Virus record (IMG/VR): IMGVR_UViG_3300014205_007777 | Location: 5,476 to 69,475 of that record | DNA from: a virus | Taxonomy: Duplodnaviria; Caudoviricetes | Reading direction: 5' to 3' (one strand) | DNA: 64,000 nt | Part shown: piece by piece, positions 38,226-47,385 of the stretch | Layout of the letters: each line of letters begins with the position of its first letter | Numbering within the stretch: position 1 is the first letter of the stretch | Position numbers and translations under genes: made by a program | Notes under the pieces: model-generated | Told to the model about the DNA's origin: nothing | What the model saw: the letters and a program-made list of their open reading frames with translations, nothing else | The model's database searches: none

Positions 38226-38596
38226 TTATGATTCAAGAATATATCGGCGCACGTACCAAACACGTCTATTCCCGGACAGAATGGGAGACATTGGGTAATG
38301 ACGGACAATACCGGATCGGTTATTCCGATGGGTATTCATGTTGTGAGAAAAGCGGTTTATCAGCTTGTAAATATTTAATAAAAATCAAGTCGGTAAACTC
38401 TTATGAACGAGGTAAACAACAGGCAGCTATAGACTGGTTATCAGATCCGAAAATTAAAATCTGCGGTAACTGCGGCCATGCCGGCGAAGATGTAAATAAT
38501 CACCTGGCTTGGATAGGCGGACAGGGATACACGCCTGTAATAGATTGTGATGATCTTACGGCGTGCTGGAATAGGTGGGATCAAAAACACAAATAA
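38219..38596 (+). CDS. Hypothetical Cys-rich protein
   Basis: ORF track; CGNC...C..C. Confidence 0.5.
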   Translation: MLVMIQEYIGARTKHVYSRTEWETLGNDGQYRIGYSDGYSCCEKSGLSACKYLIKIKSVNSYERGKQQAAIDWLSDPKIKICGNCGHAGEDVNNHLAWIGGQGYTPVIDCDDLTACWNRWDQKHK

Positions 38597-39048
38597 AATA
38601 TGACGGTATTAACCGGAAAGGGGGAAAGATGTTATCAAAAGAAGCTAAAAAGAAGTATATCAAAGGTGGGTATCACTGTCCTTATTGCGAAAGTGAGAAT
38701 ATCGAGGCCCGGGGAGATAAAGATGTTGAGTATGACGGTAACGAAATAAGGCAACTGGTTGAGTGTCTCAATTGTGGTAAGGGATGGTACGATCTCTATA
38801 AACTCACAAAAATAGTGGAAATAGAGGACATATCACTTGACGAGTTGGCCGATGAAGTAGTCTTACCGGAAATGCTTGTCTATCCGGGGGATAAACTAGA
38901 CTTTGACTTCATATTTGAAAAGTCTTACCATGCAGATCACCGTGCAAATAAAGAGAATGTCCGGGGAGCCCTTAAACACCTGGTGGAATCCGGTGATGTT
39001 ATAGAATCTAACAATCCGGAACACTGGATTGCTATAATTCAGCATTGA
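38575..39048 (+). CDS. Zinc-ribbon hypothetical protein
   Basis: CPYC...CLNC; true start probably a few codons downstream. Confidence 0.6.
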   Translation: MGSKTQIKYDGINRKGGKMLSKEAKKKYIKGGYHCPYCESENIEARGDKDVEYDGNEIRQLVECLNCGKGWYDLYKLTKIVEIEDISLDELADEVVLPEMLVYPGDKLDFDFIFEKSYHADHRANKENVRGALKHLVESGDVIESNNPEHWIAIIQH

Positions 39049-39085
39049 CCCCTGGTAGTAAAATAAAACTAAAGGAGTAAAGAGC

Positions 39086-39331
39086 GTGGAAAATAAAAAC
39101 ACCTTAGTAGTATGTCCTAGGTGCAAACGAGTGGTAGATAAGAAGCATAAATACTGCGCTTACTGTGGCTTTCGTCTCTTAGAAGATGACGGTACGCGCC
39201 GGAAAATTAGAGAGCCGGGAATAGTTTTCCAGAAAGGATATTTTCTCCCAAGCCAGTTTGGAATATTACTCAAATTGTCATCCAAAGAGGGTATAACCTT
39301 CAAGTCTATCGATTCGGAGGTACACGGTTAA
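39086..39331 (+). CDS. Zinc-ribbon protein
   Basis: CPRC...CAYCG. Confidence 0.6.
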   Translation: MENKNTLVVCPRCKRVVDKKHKYCAYCGFRLLEDDGTRRKIREPGIVFQKGYFLPSQFGILLKLSSKEGITFKSIDSEVHG

Positions 39332-40311
39332 TGGGCGATATAACCGATGAATTAAAGAACGCACAAGGCGGGAATGAGAAATCAGATTCTAAATTAGATA
39401 AGGTGCAGCTCTGTTATAAACTAATAAAATTACCATCCGTCAATATTATCCTGGGGAATGTTGGACGGGGAAAGTCGTCCCTCGCATACGAGTTACTAGA
39501 CAAGTTATCAATGGAGTACGGTCTTTTGCCAGTGGTGGTTAATTTACCAGCACAGAAACGGAATCTCCTACCGGAGAATTGGGTTATCAAGGATATAGAG
39601 GGATTAAAACATACCGAAAATTGTATTGCTTTAATAGACGAGGGTACGACAACCTTACCAGCCGGAGCTAAGGTTGAAGAAATGGTAAAATCGCTATCTT
39701 CATTAAGTAGGCAAAGAAACCAAATAATCGTGATGATTTTTCACAGCGGGCGTGATGTCGGATCTCGAATCCTGCGCGGTATCTACGGCGCGATCCTGTT
39801 GAAAGAACCGTCTACCAGGCAAATTCAGTACGGTAGTAAAGACGCATGGATGAAGGATATGCTCACCGGAGCTAAAACGAAGTTTAAAGCACTCAAAGAT
39901 TTAGGTGAAGAAACTAGAGCATGGACATGGGTAGATAGTGAAGAACCTGAATTTCAAGGAATGGCACGTAACGGACTCCCAAATTTTTGGAGCGATGATT
40001 TGAGTAAGGCCTGGAGTGGAGTGGATACGGATAATCAGATAGTGGTTACTAAACCTTCCGGCCAGGCTATGACTGCAATCGATATGTTCAAAGCCCGGGA
40101 CACCGACAATGAAACGATGGACGAGTACTTCGATAAAATGGGTGTACCGCCGGACCCGGTCTTGAGAGATCTTATCTGTAAACTGGACGGAGAGTATCTT
40201 CTAGAGGATTTACAGAAGATTTGTAAAGAACAAAACTTACCGAGCTCCGGGGATAAGCATAAGTTAGTCTGGCGATTAATGGAGGCCGGATATTTTGAGG
40301 AGAAGAAATGA
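39331..40311 (+). CDS. FtsK/HerA-superfamily P-loop ATPase with C-terminal SAP-like domain; candidate genome-packaging ATPase
   Basis: ILGNVGRGKS Walker A, IALIDEG Walker B, SLSRQR Arg-finger region; LEDLQKICKEQNLPSSGDKHKLVWRL SAP pattern. Confidence 0.6.
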   Translation: MGDITDELKNAQGGNEKSDSKLDKVQLCYKLIKLPSVNIILGNVGRGKSSLAYELLDKLSMEYGLLPVVVNLPAQKRNLLPENWVIKDIEGLKHTENCIALIDEGTTTLPAGAKVEEMVKSLSSLSRQRNQIIVMIFHSGRDVGSRILRGIYGAILLKEPSTRQIQYGSKDAWMKDMLTGAKTKFKALKDLGEETRAWTWVDSEEPEFQGMARNGLPNFWSDDLSKAWSGVDTDNQIVVTKPSGQAMTAIDMFKARDTDNETMDEYFDKMGVPPDPVLRDLICKLDGEYLLEDLQKICKEQNLPSSGDKHKLVWRLMEAGYFEEKK

Positions 40312-40453
40312 GCATGGAAGAAATAGTAGCCAGGTACGATGATTCTCTGCATACCGCACTTTCAAAAGCGAAAAGCAGTGAGGAATTTAAAGAGCTTATG
40401 GCAGAAGCAGAGAAAAGATGGACTAGCGATATTAAAGAGTATTGGAAAACTAA

Positions 40454-40558
40454 ATGACCTGTCCGATCCAAAAGAAACAAAAGGGTATACCCGATATCCC
40501 CTGTAATGAGCGTTGTAGAATATGGGCGGTGTGCCCTTTTAAAAAATCATTGTGTTAA
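40454..40558 (+). repeat. Direct repeat copy 1, encoding 34-aa Cys-rich peptide MTCPIQKKQKGIPDIPCNERCRIWAVCPFKKSLC
   Basis: About 87 bp near-identical to 40768-40866. Confidence 0.85.
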
Positions 40559-40572
40559 AGGGGGTGATAGAC

Positions 40573-40752
40573 ATGTTTTTTAGAATATTAGCTGGTATTT
40601 TAGCTACTTATTTTATGGTAGAAACTTTTATTATCGCTTTTAGAGTAGTTCCTACTCCTGATATTACCATTATTGCTAGTATGGCTAATTTTGCATGTGC
40701 TGCAATACTAGGGCACGTAGCTGGTTTTGGCAGCGGAAATAAGAATAAGTAA
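40573..40752 (+). CDS. Small two-TM membrane protein between direct repeats
   Basis: Two hydrophobic helices; start behind GGGGTGA. Confidence 0.55.
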   Translation: MFFRILAGILATYFMVETFIIAFRVVPTPDITIIASMANFACAAILGHVAGFGSGNKNK

Positions 40753-40767
40753 TAAAGTGTTGCACTA

Positions 40768-40866
40768 ATGACTTGTCCTATCCAAAAGAAAGAAAAGGGT
40801 ATACCCGATATCCCCTGTAATGAGCGTTGTAGAATATGGGCGGTGTGCCCTTTCAAAAAGGAGTAA
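40768..40866 (+). repeat. Direct repeat copy 2, encoding MTCPIQKKEKGIPDIPCNERCRIWAVCPFKKE
   Basis: Near-identical to 40454-40540. Confidence 0.85.
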
Positions 40867-40870
40867 GAGC

Positions 40871-41101
40871 GTGAAAAAACATCTTTTAATAGTCGCTGGA
40901 ATTTCAATAGGTATAGGCAACTCTTTAGTTATCCTGTGGATCTTTTTGACTGCGTATTTTCACGGTTATAAGACCCTGGTTGTTATTAACGACTATGGCG
41001 AAGCTAATTTCGAGTTAATCTTGATACCGGTAATGTTGATAATAAGTCTGATTTCGCTGGTAGTTTTTATGAAAGTTTATGGTAAACCGAAGAAGGAATA
41101 A
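40871..41101 (+). CDS. Two-TM membrane protein
   Basis: GTG start behind AAGGAGTAAGAGC; two hydrophobic helices. Confidence 0.6.
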   Translation: MKKHLLIVAGISIGIGNSLVILWIFLTAYFHGYKTLVVINDYGEANFELILIPVMLIISLISLVVFMKVYGKPKKE

Positions 41102-41105
41102 GAGC

Positions 41106-41456
41106 GTGGATTATAACAAACTATTATTAGATATCGAGAAAGCGACCAAGGTTTTAGTTGAGGTCAATAAGGGGATCGCCGGTATATTTTTACAGGAGAT
41201 AAAACCGGTGCGATTTATTTTCTTAACTTATATTGCTTCACCGAGACCGGACAAAGTTTGTTTGGGACAATGTATTCATGTTTATCCTATCAACGAGATA
41301 CAAATACGTATCAGACAGGGATGGCAGAATACCGCTATACACGAGCTGGTACATCTTTATAATCCCGGATCAAGTGAAAGACAGGTGGTGAAGACTACTA
41401 AAGACGTTATTAAGTATCTTAAAATGAAGGAAAAGGAGTATTTTAGGAAGGAGTAA
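41106..41456 (+). CDS. Small zincin-like metallopeptidase domain protein
   Basis: TAIHELVH (HExxH). Confidence 0.6.
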   Translation: MDYNKLLLDIEKATKVLVEVNKGIAGIFLQEIKPVRFIFLTYIASPRPDKVCLGQCIHVYPINEIQIRIRQGWQNTAIHELVHLYNPGSSERQVVKTTKDVIKYLKMKEKEYFRKE

Positions 41457-41461
41457 GAGCT

Positions 41462-41812
41462 ATGAGCAGAGCAATTTGTACTGTGTGCGGGAAAGAATAT
41501 AGTTGGCACGGATCCCGAGGTTCAAGATTAAAAGATAATCCTTCACCATGTTGTAATGCACCGGGAAAAGCTAACCGGTATTCGCCGGTAATTCCTAAAG
41601 TTATTAAGAAGTGTCCGGATTGCGGTAAGGCCGGGTTATGGTGGGCAAAGGCATTAAGAGCGGGACTCCGGAATGGCGATAGTTACGTTGGTGAACATGT
41701 ACTGGGTGGAAACGTACCTTTGCATCAAAGAGGTGGTCTTTACTGTCCGCGCTGTCAGAAGTGGATTATACCGGTAAAGGAAGTACAGAAAATTGAAACG
41801 AACATCCCTTAA
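41462..41812 (+). CDS. Multi-zinc-finger hypothetical protein
   Basis: CTVC, CC, CPDC, CPRC. Confidence 0.6.
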   Translation: MSRAICTVCGKEYSWHGSRGSRLKDNPSPCCNAPGKANRYSPVIPKVIKKCPDCGKAGLWWAKALRAGLRNGDSYVGEHVLGGNVPLHQRGGLYCPRCQKWIIPVKEVQKIETNIP

Positions 41813-41842
41813 AGTGAAACGAAATAGCCGTTTGGTGAAACG

Positions 41843-42361
41843 ATGATTATTAACCGTGTATGGAGTATGCCGAATAAGTGGACTTTCAAGATAAAACCTA
41901 TAGCTGAATTACTTTCAAGGTATGTCGGTAACGGTAAGGGATGGATAGACCCATTCGCCGGAGAAAATTCCCCGGCTGAATTTACTAACGACTTAAATCC
42001 CGAATCACCAGCTAAATTTCACCTATTAGCCGAGGATTTTTGTAAACAAGTCGAAGGTATTTTCAAGGGTGTGCTTTTTGACCCTCCATATTCTTACCGA
42101 CAAATTACTGAATGTTACAAAGGGATAGGATTAAAAGCGTCACAATTAGATACGAGTAATAGATTTTACAATTCGGTTAAAAATGCTATTTGCGACAAAA
42201 TTATGACGGGGGGGGTATCAATAAGTTTCGGCTGGTCAAGTAATGGATTCGGATTAAACCGAGGCTTTGAAATTATCGAGGTGTTACTTATAGCTCATGG
42301 CGAACATCACAATGATACCATCGTAACCGTAGAAAAGAAAGTACAGTCAGGTTTATTATGA
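41843..42361 (+). CDS. Phage-type adenine DNA methyltransferase-like protein
   Basis: IDPFAG SAM motif and LFDPPY catalytic motif. Confidence 0.8.
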   Translation: MIINRVWSMPNKWTFKIKPIAELLSRYVGNGKGWIDPFAGENSPAEFTNDLNPESPAKFHLLAEDFCKQVEGIFKGVLFDPPYSYRQITECYKGIGLKASQLDTSNRFYNSVKNAICDKIMTGGVSISFGWSSNGFGLNRGFEIIEVLLIAHGEHHNDTIVTVEKKVQSGLL

Positions 42362-42771
42362 AACGAACACCCTTGAAACGCTATATATCATTACGTGATA
42401 GTACTTTACAGAAAGTGTTATTAAGTACCGGTATATATCGGAATATATCATCATGTTCTGGTATTAAATTAGTCTCAAAACGCCAGGCTCATATAAACTA
42501 TCAGTGGAGTAAGACTGTAAAGATTTGTAAGGTCCGCTGCGGGGGAATCTGTGAAGTGAGAGGACCCGAGTGTTTATATAATTACGGGATAACTCCGCAT
42601 CATGTAGTACCCAGGGCCCGCGGAGGCAGCCATACACCGTCTAATTGTCTTATGGGATGTTTGAATTGCCACGATCACCATAAGTATTCTGGAGGAATTC
42701 CACTTTCAATCGATGATGCTTTAGAATTAGTTAGAAGGTTAAATTTAGAACACGGGATTGAGGCAGGGTAG
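42358..42771 (+). CDS. HNH endonuclease
   Basis: CE...C...HHVVPRARGGSH...N....C..CH. Confidence 0.85.
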   Translation: MKRTPLKRYISLRDSTLQKVLLSTGIYRNISSCSGIKLVSKRQAHINYQWSKTVKICKVRCGGICEVRGPECLYNYGITPHHVVPRARGGSHTPSNCLMGCLNCHDHHKYSGGIPLSIDDALELVRRLNLEHGIEAG

Positions 42772-42773
42772 AT

Positions 42774-43073
42774 ATGGATGAAGGTACATGCCCGATTTGC
42801 GGCGCTAAATTAGAGCCTGTAATTATTTCCTGGGATAATAACCGTATGGCTGGTTACTATCCGTGTGCTGGTCATCAGGATTTTTGGGCTTTTTTCTGGG
42901 TAAGGAGAGGTATAGAACCTTTATGTGGCTGGCGATGGATAGGTAAACATCTTCACGATCTGGATAACTGGACACCCACGATAGAATATTCAGGACCCGA
43001 GAGCCATTTCAAAGTAACAGTCAAGGATAATAAACAAATGAATCAGGTAAGTAAAATGATAAGGGGGAAATGA
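42774..43073 (+). CDS. Hypothetical protein
   Basis: ORF track; CPICG. Confidence 0.5.
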   Translation: MDEGTCPICGAKLEPVIISWDNNRMAGYYPCAGHQDFWAFFWVRRGIEPLCGWRWIGKHLHDLDNWTPTIEYSGPESHFKVTVKDNKQMNQVSKMIRGK

Positions 43074-43420
43074 TGAAAGCCGACAATCAAAATAAAGTTA
43101 TCGAACTGCTAATCCAGGACGGCTGGCAGCCGAATGGGACAACTTACGCCGATAGCTATAAGATTATTACCGCTAAAAGCTATCCTCTTGCGGGAGCCAT
43201 TATTACAACCGGTGGGAAGCCTAAATACGAGAAAAACGGCTGGACAGTCTGCGTTGGCAAGAGAACCACGACATTCTATAAGAGGCCGGAGCAAATTGAA
43301 CATTACCCCGCAACTCGAGCAAACTTGAATGGATACATTAATTTTGAGAAATGGCAGATGGATTCGATACCTACTAAGGATATCGATAAGATACAAATTA
43401 AGATGCGGAGCGTAGTATGA
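43070..43420 (+). CDS. Hypothetical protein
   Basis: ORF track; ATGA coupling. Confidence 0.55.
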   Translation: MMKADNQNKVIELLIQDGWQPNGTTYADSYKIITAKSYPLAGAIITTGGKPKYEKNGWTVCVGKRTTTFYKRPEQIEHYPATRANLNGYINFEKWQMDSIPTKDIDKIQIKMRSVV

Positions 43421-43686
43421 GTGAAATAAAATTAACTAAGGAATCACCGCCATGCGAATTCTATGCAAAAAATCATCCCAAAAAAGAACCGATTGTCAAA
43501 CCCGGCGACAGGGTGCAGTTCTGGACACTGATAACTGGTATGACACCCCGGACCGGGACGGTAGATAGGAGTGAAATCCGGTACGGAGTTACCTATGCTA
43601 CAATCACCCCGGACGATTCCGATGAGCAGGTATTTTTGTTTCACGGAGCTGTATGGGGATTTGAACCGATAAAGGAATTAAGATAA
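43417..43686 (+). CDS. Hypothetical SH3-like beta-barrel protein
   Basis: VKPGDRVQF...GTV...YATI. Confidence 0.5.
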   Translation: MSEIKLTKESPPCEFYAKNHPKKEPIVKPGDRVQFWTLITGMTPRTGTVDRSEIRYGVTYATITPDDSDEQVFLFHGAVWGFEPIKELR

Positions 43687-43718
43687 TGAGGGGGAAATGA
43701 ATTGTACTTTTTACTGTC

Positions 43719-43818
43719 AAAATATCCTCTAAGGTCAATACTTCGAGTAATCAGAATTTAAAATAACAGCGTATCAACAGTTTCTTGGAGTCAAGACCTT
43801 GAGTGTCACAGAGAAACT
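43719..43818. repeat. Dispersed ~100-bp intergenic element, copy 1
   Basis: AAAATA..T...GGTCAATAC...ATAACAGCGT...ACAGTTTCTT..AGTCAAGACC.TGAG.GTCACAGAG; homologous to 52276-52376 and 60035-60134. Confidence 0.7.
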
Positions 43819-43832
43819 GATAAAGGAGTAGT

Positions 43833-44024
43833 ATGAAAAAGACCAAACTCACGGGTGTCAGTGAAACCCGTAAATGGCACGGTAAGACCTATTATTTATT
43901 CGATTTCTGTGCTACTGAAGAAGAAACACGACAGGAACTACGTAACTTGCGTAAAACGGGCTACCTGGCTCACCACAGACCTTGCCAGGGCGGTTTCCAC
44001 ATCTTTGCTTGCCCTAAAGAATAA
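43833..44024 (+). CDS. Hypothetical protein
   Basis: SD AAGGAG; 63 aa. Confidence 0.55.
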   Translation: MKKTKLTGVSETRKWHGKTYYLFDFCATEEETRQELRNLRKTGYLAHHRPCQGGFHIFACPKE

Positions 44025-44167
44025 TACGTAGTAAAATCTATGACAAAGGAAAGAAATGAGTATAGTGGGATATAAGGTCAAGTGCCCGGTGGACGGTAAA
44101 GAGTGTGATAAGATAATAAAAGCCTGTTGTTCTTGTCCGAGGAATAATCCGAAGTAGGAGGTCTATC

Positions 44168-44419
44168 ATGGCTAAGAAAGTTTTGTATCCGCACGTAATA
44201 ACGATTAAAAGGGAAAAAGTCATTAATGAAATGCTTGTTAAAAAAAGTCAGGATGGAAATTTTGAAATAGCCGAGAACACTTTAGAAGGCGGTACCAAAA
44301 CGTACTTTGTTAACGGTTTTTCTAATGGTATGAGTTTTCAGATAGAATGTGTAAATCTTAATGCTGCAGAAAAATTATACAATCTGTTTGTTACCGGACA
44401 ATACAAATATAGAGGTTAA
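44168..44419 (+). CDS. YPH-tagged small protein (MAKKVLYPHV)
   Basis: N-terminal tag variant; SD GGAGG. Confidence 0.65.
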   Translation: MAKKVLYPHVITIKREKVINEMLVKKSQDGNFEIAENTLEGGTKTYFVNGFSNGMSFQIECVNLNAAEKLYNLFVTGQYKYRG

Positions 44420-44421
44420 CC

Positions 44422-44583
44422 ATGTCTAAAGAGCCGCTTTATCCGCATATACCAAAGAGTGAAATAATAAGGGACAAAAAACCCAAGCGTTCTCGTCCTG
44501 AAGAGTGCCCAATCTGTAGTGGGACCGGCAGACTAAGAGGTAGAATATGTCCTAACTGTGCCGGACATGGTACTATAGCATAA
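44422..44583 (+). CDS. YPH-tagged 53-aa DnaJ-type zinc-finger peptide
   Basis: Manual translation MSKEPLYPHIPKSEIIRDKKPKRSRPEECPICSGTGRLRGRICPNCAGHGTIA. Confidence 0.7.
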   Translation: MSKEPLYPHIPKSEIIRDKKPKRSRPEECPICSGTGRLRGRICPNCAGHGTIA

Positions 44584-44596
44584 GTAGGAGTATTCC

Positions 44597-44893
44597 ATGT
44601 CTAAAGAGCCGCTTTACCCGCATATACCAAAGAGCAAAATAGTCTATCCTGAATTCACAAAAGGATTATTGAGTTGGTATACCGAGTCAGGTGGAAGTTT
44701 ACAAGCTGACGCGATAGGAAATCTTAAAGGTAAAGAACAAGTTATTGAGGTTTACCAAGATGTTGAGACCGGTGAATGGAAGTGGATTGTAGTTGATCGG
44801 CAACGCGGATATCGTTTTGATGGTATCAGTTCATCGGAACAAGAAGCAATTAACAAAGCCTCTACTACTTGGTATCATGGTAAAATTTCATGA
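44597..44893 (+). CDS. YPH-tagged protein (MSKEPLYPHIPKS)
   Basis: Tag; first ~40 nt nearly identical to those of 44422. Confidence 0.7.
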   Translation: MSKEPLYPHIPKSKIVYPEFTKGLLSWYTESGGSLQADAIGNLKGKEQVIEVYQDVETGEWKWIVVDRQRGYRFDGISSSEQEAINKASTTWYHGKIS

Positions 44894-45054
44894 AACTTCC
44901 CAAGAAAGCCCGGGTAAAAGAACAAGAGGAGTTCATAGAGAAGCAACTAAAAGCTATGACTCCAGAGAAATCCAATATACCACGTAGTGTAAAAGTCCAG
45001 TTTCCACATATCATTAAAAAGAAAACCGTTCTATTCCCCCATGTCAAAAGTTAA
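44890..45054 (+). CDS. 54-aa basic peptide with two degenerate tag copies (QFPHI, LFPHV) at C-terminus
   Basis: Manual translation; ATGA overlap with 44597-44893. Confidence 0.5.
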   Translation: MKLPKKARVKEQEEFIEKQLKAMTPEKSNIPRSVKVQFPHIIKKKTVLFPHVKS

Positions 45055-45464
45055 GTAAAATATTCCCAAAAATATTCCAGTTTTAAATGTTTTTACGCCT
45101 GTACCGGTAATGTTATTGGTAATTATGCCAGGCGTTTTGACAGCTTGCTTTTTAGGCCTGTTTGCGTTTTTGTATTTATAACAACAAATTTCACGATATT
45201 TTGTCTTTTAAACAACAAATTTGGTGCAAAATTGACGTCAATTCTGTTTCATTTTTGTGGTAAAACCACGCTAATAATATTAGCATTTCAGTCGTCCGAT
45301 AAAATCGGACAACTCGTTTGTAAAAAACGACTTATAATATTAGTGCCTTTTGGACAAAATCTGAAGCTAGGTGGACTAAATATTACCTGTTTGCATAAAC
45401 AAGTCCGCTTACCCTTGTAATTTCGAAGTAATAATATTAGTGGTAAATAAATAAACAACTCCTA

Positions 45465-45493
45465 TTGACATAACGTCTATACAGGGGTATAAT
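45465..45493 (+). promoter_or_regulatory. Perfect-consensus sigma70 promoter
   Basis: TTGACA-17 bp-TATAAT. Confidence 0.85.
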
Positions 45494-45499
45494 TAATTC

Positions 45500-45935
45500 G
45501 TATAAGAGCCAGCCACCTAGAAATAGGCGGGGATTATTAGGTCTCAGAAAAAATGGAACTTAACCACTCGGTAATGCGAGGGTTGCGTAGTTTGGGCGTC
45601 GTGAAACTCGGCGTGAACCATTACGAAGTTGTGATGTCCAGATGAATGGCTGGCTCTCAAAGAGGGGAGAAAGAGGTGCAAAGAAACGGCTAGCCATTTG
45701 GTGTTAGGCCAAGTAATTGAGAGCCGTAGTAGAAAGCCGAAAGGTACTGAGAGCCAAAATGGGTAAACAGGTGAAAACCAGCCTCAATCTCCCCTAGATA
45801 AAAGTTGATGGAATAAAAGGTGGGCGCCGTATGACCTCTCGTTGAAGGCACGGATGAAATTATCAGGCAGTGGGTTGTACCCATAACGAGGCTGCCATCC
45901 CACCATAGGTAATCGTGGAGAAACATGAGTTGAAG
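45500..45935 (+). ncRNA. Candidate large structured ncRNA or leader, family not recognised
   Basis: Helices 45505-45515/45647-45657 (11 bp), 45663-45670/45788-45795, 45686-45691/45722-45727, 45819-45824/45899-45904, 45866-45870/45892-45896; GAAA tetraloops. Confidence 0.6.
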
Positions 45936-45945
45936 GAGCAAATTC

Positions 45946-46356
45946 ATGGATAACATAAAAAAGCTGAAAGTATATGGGATAGACCCTAAGCAGGATATTA
46001 AATTCTACTATCGCAGGATGATAAATGGAGCGGTTATAACGGCTTGTGCCATCCGTCTCCCCTGGCAAACAATGGGTGCCCAGGATGCCTACGCTAGAGG
46101 GTTGGCTGTTTGTACCCCGCAAGACCAGTTCAATAAAAAACTGGGTCGTACTATCGCCATGGGCCGGGCAGTGGCAGCTATAGAGAAGAAACGATCCTTC
46201 GGAGACATCAATACGAGTTTTCTTATTCCCGAAGAATTTGAGAAAGCCTCACTGTCTACCTACGGAGACGTATCGGTTTTGACCGAATCTGAACGATCCT
46301 TGTTTAAATTAGATAAATCAAAGGAGGAGTCAACCCATGGCGTACCGAAAGGTTAA
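45946..46356 (+). CDS. Hypothetical phage protein
   Basis: RGLAVCTPQDQFNKKLGRTIAMGRA motif; SD AAGGAG. Confidence 0.7.
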   Translation: MDNIKKLKVYGIDPKQDIKFYYRRMINGAVITACAIRLPWQTMGAQDAYARGLAVCTPQDQFNKKLGRTIAMGRAVAAIEKKRSFGDINTSFLIPEEFEKASLSTYGDVSVLTESERSLFKLDKSKEESTHGVPKG

Positions 46357-46546
46357 AGGACATATAAAGATTCCTAAAAACAGAAGAGATGAACGTAACC
46401 TGGAAATATATCAGCTATGGCTGGAGAAACGGGATGAGTTGACCCTCGAGGATGTCGGTAATAAATATGGATTGACCAGATCCCGTATCTGCCAGATTAT
46501 AAAAAGACAGGGTGAATTGGCTTTGGCGGGAGAGGCGGAGAAATGA
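46337..46546 (+). CDS. Sigma70 region-4-like HTH protein
   Basis: TLEDVGNKYGLTRSRICQI. Confidence 0.75.
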   Translation: MAYRKVKGHIKIPKNRRDERNLEIYQLWLEKRDELTLEDVGNKYGLTRSRICQIIKRQGELALAGEAEK

Positions 46547-47041
46547 CCATAGACAAAGCCATTGAAATACTAACATTGCGTTCAAAAAGTCCTTTTGTGA
46601 GGGCAAATAAGGATACTGTAGATGCTCTTAGTCTGGGTATTGAAGCCCTGAAAGCTGTTCAGTTTTGGAATCATAAGCAACTGCCTCAATTCCAAATTCA
46701 TCTTCCGGGGGCGGAGAAATGAAACTTTCTAAAAATCTGGCCTTCGTTATTATTCTTCTCTTGTTTTTACTTTTCGGGATCTCGGTGGTATTACTCCGGT
46801 GTAACCAGATAATGTAGAAGGCGGAAAGATGAAGTTTTGTATTCTTATCTTGTGTCTAAATAGTCTTGCTTTGGGGGTTCACCAGATTAAATATAGTCAT
46901 GATTTAATCAGTGGGATTATAACCATAATTTTTAGTATTGTGGTGTGTGTGGTTTTTTTAATTAATAAGAGATTATCCTGGTTTTCTGGAGTAAAAGATT
47001 AAGAATCAGTTAAAGACTTAATAAAGGAGTGTTGAGCAAAG

Positions 47042-47359
47042 ATGAAAATTTATCTGTACTGTAAACCTGCGATAGGATGGGGGGAAAACGATGTAGTAGG
47101 TTATGCAATAGCCGAAGATGGTATTGGTATAGCCTCTCATTTGAGTACAAACATAGGGTATTCAAAGCATGACATGGGTTTAACTTCTGATTTGAAACAT
47201 GATATTTACAAAGAGCATTATCCAGAGGGATATGAGTTAGAGTGGGTTGATAGCCCCGATACCCATGAAGGTCTTAAAAAGGCTCTTGCTTTAAATGAAG
47301 AATTATTTCAGAAGCAAATAGCTAATCCCGCATCAGTAACAATAACTATGACTGAATAA
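47042..47359 (+). CDS. Hypothetical phage protein
   Basis: Preceded by AAGGAGTGTTGAGC leader. Confidence 0.7.
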   Translation: MKIYLYCKPAIGWGENDVVGYAIAEDGIGIASHLSTNIGYSKHDMGLTSDLKHDIYKEHYPEGYELEWVDSPDTHEGLKKALALNEELFQKQIANPASVTITMTE

Positions 47360-47385
47360 TCTCCCAGTAAATAAAAGGAAAATTA

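Noticed and set aside
39331-40311. Terminase large subunit
   Set aside because: No C-terminal RNase H-like nuclease domain; motif layout fits FtsK/HerA-type ATPases better
45500-45935. RNase P RNA (AGATGAATGGCTGGCTC resembles its J18/2-P2 segment)
   Set aside because: The universally conserved GAGGAAAGUCC and ACAGAA...CGGCUUA regions are absent
45690-46122. Minus-strand ORFs 45690-45956 and 45784-46122, and plus-strand ORF 45145-45420
   Set aside because: No SD, atypical composition, antisense to the structured RNA and to gene 45946; treated as shadow ORFs
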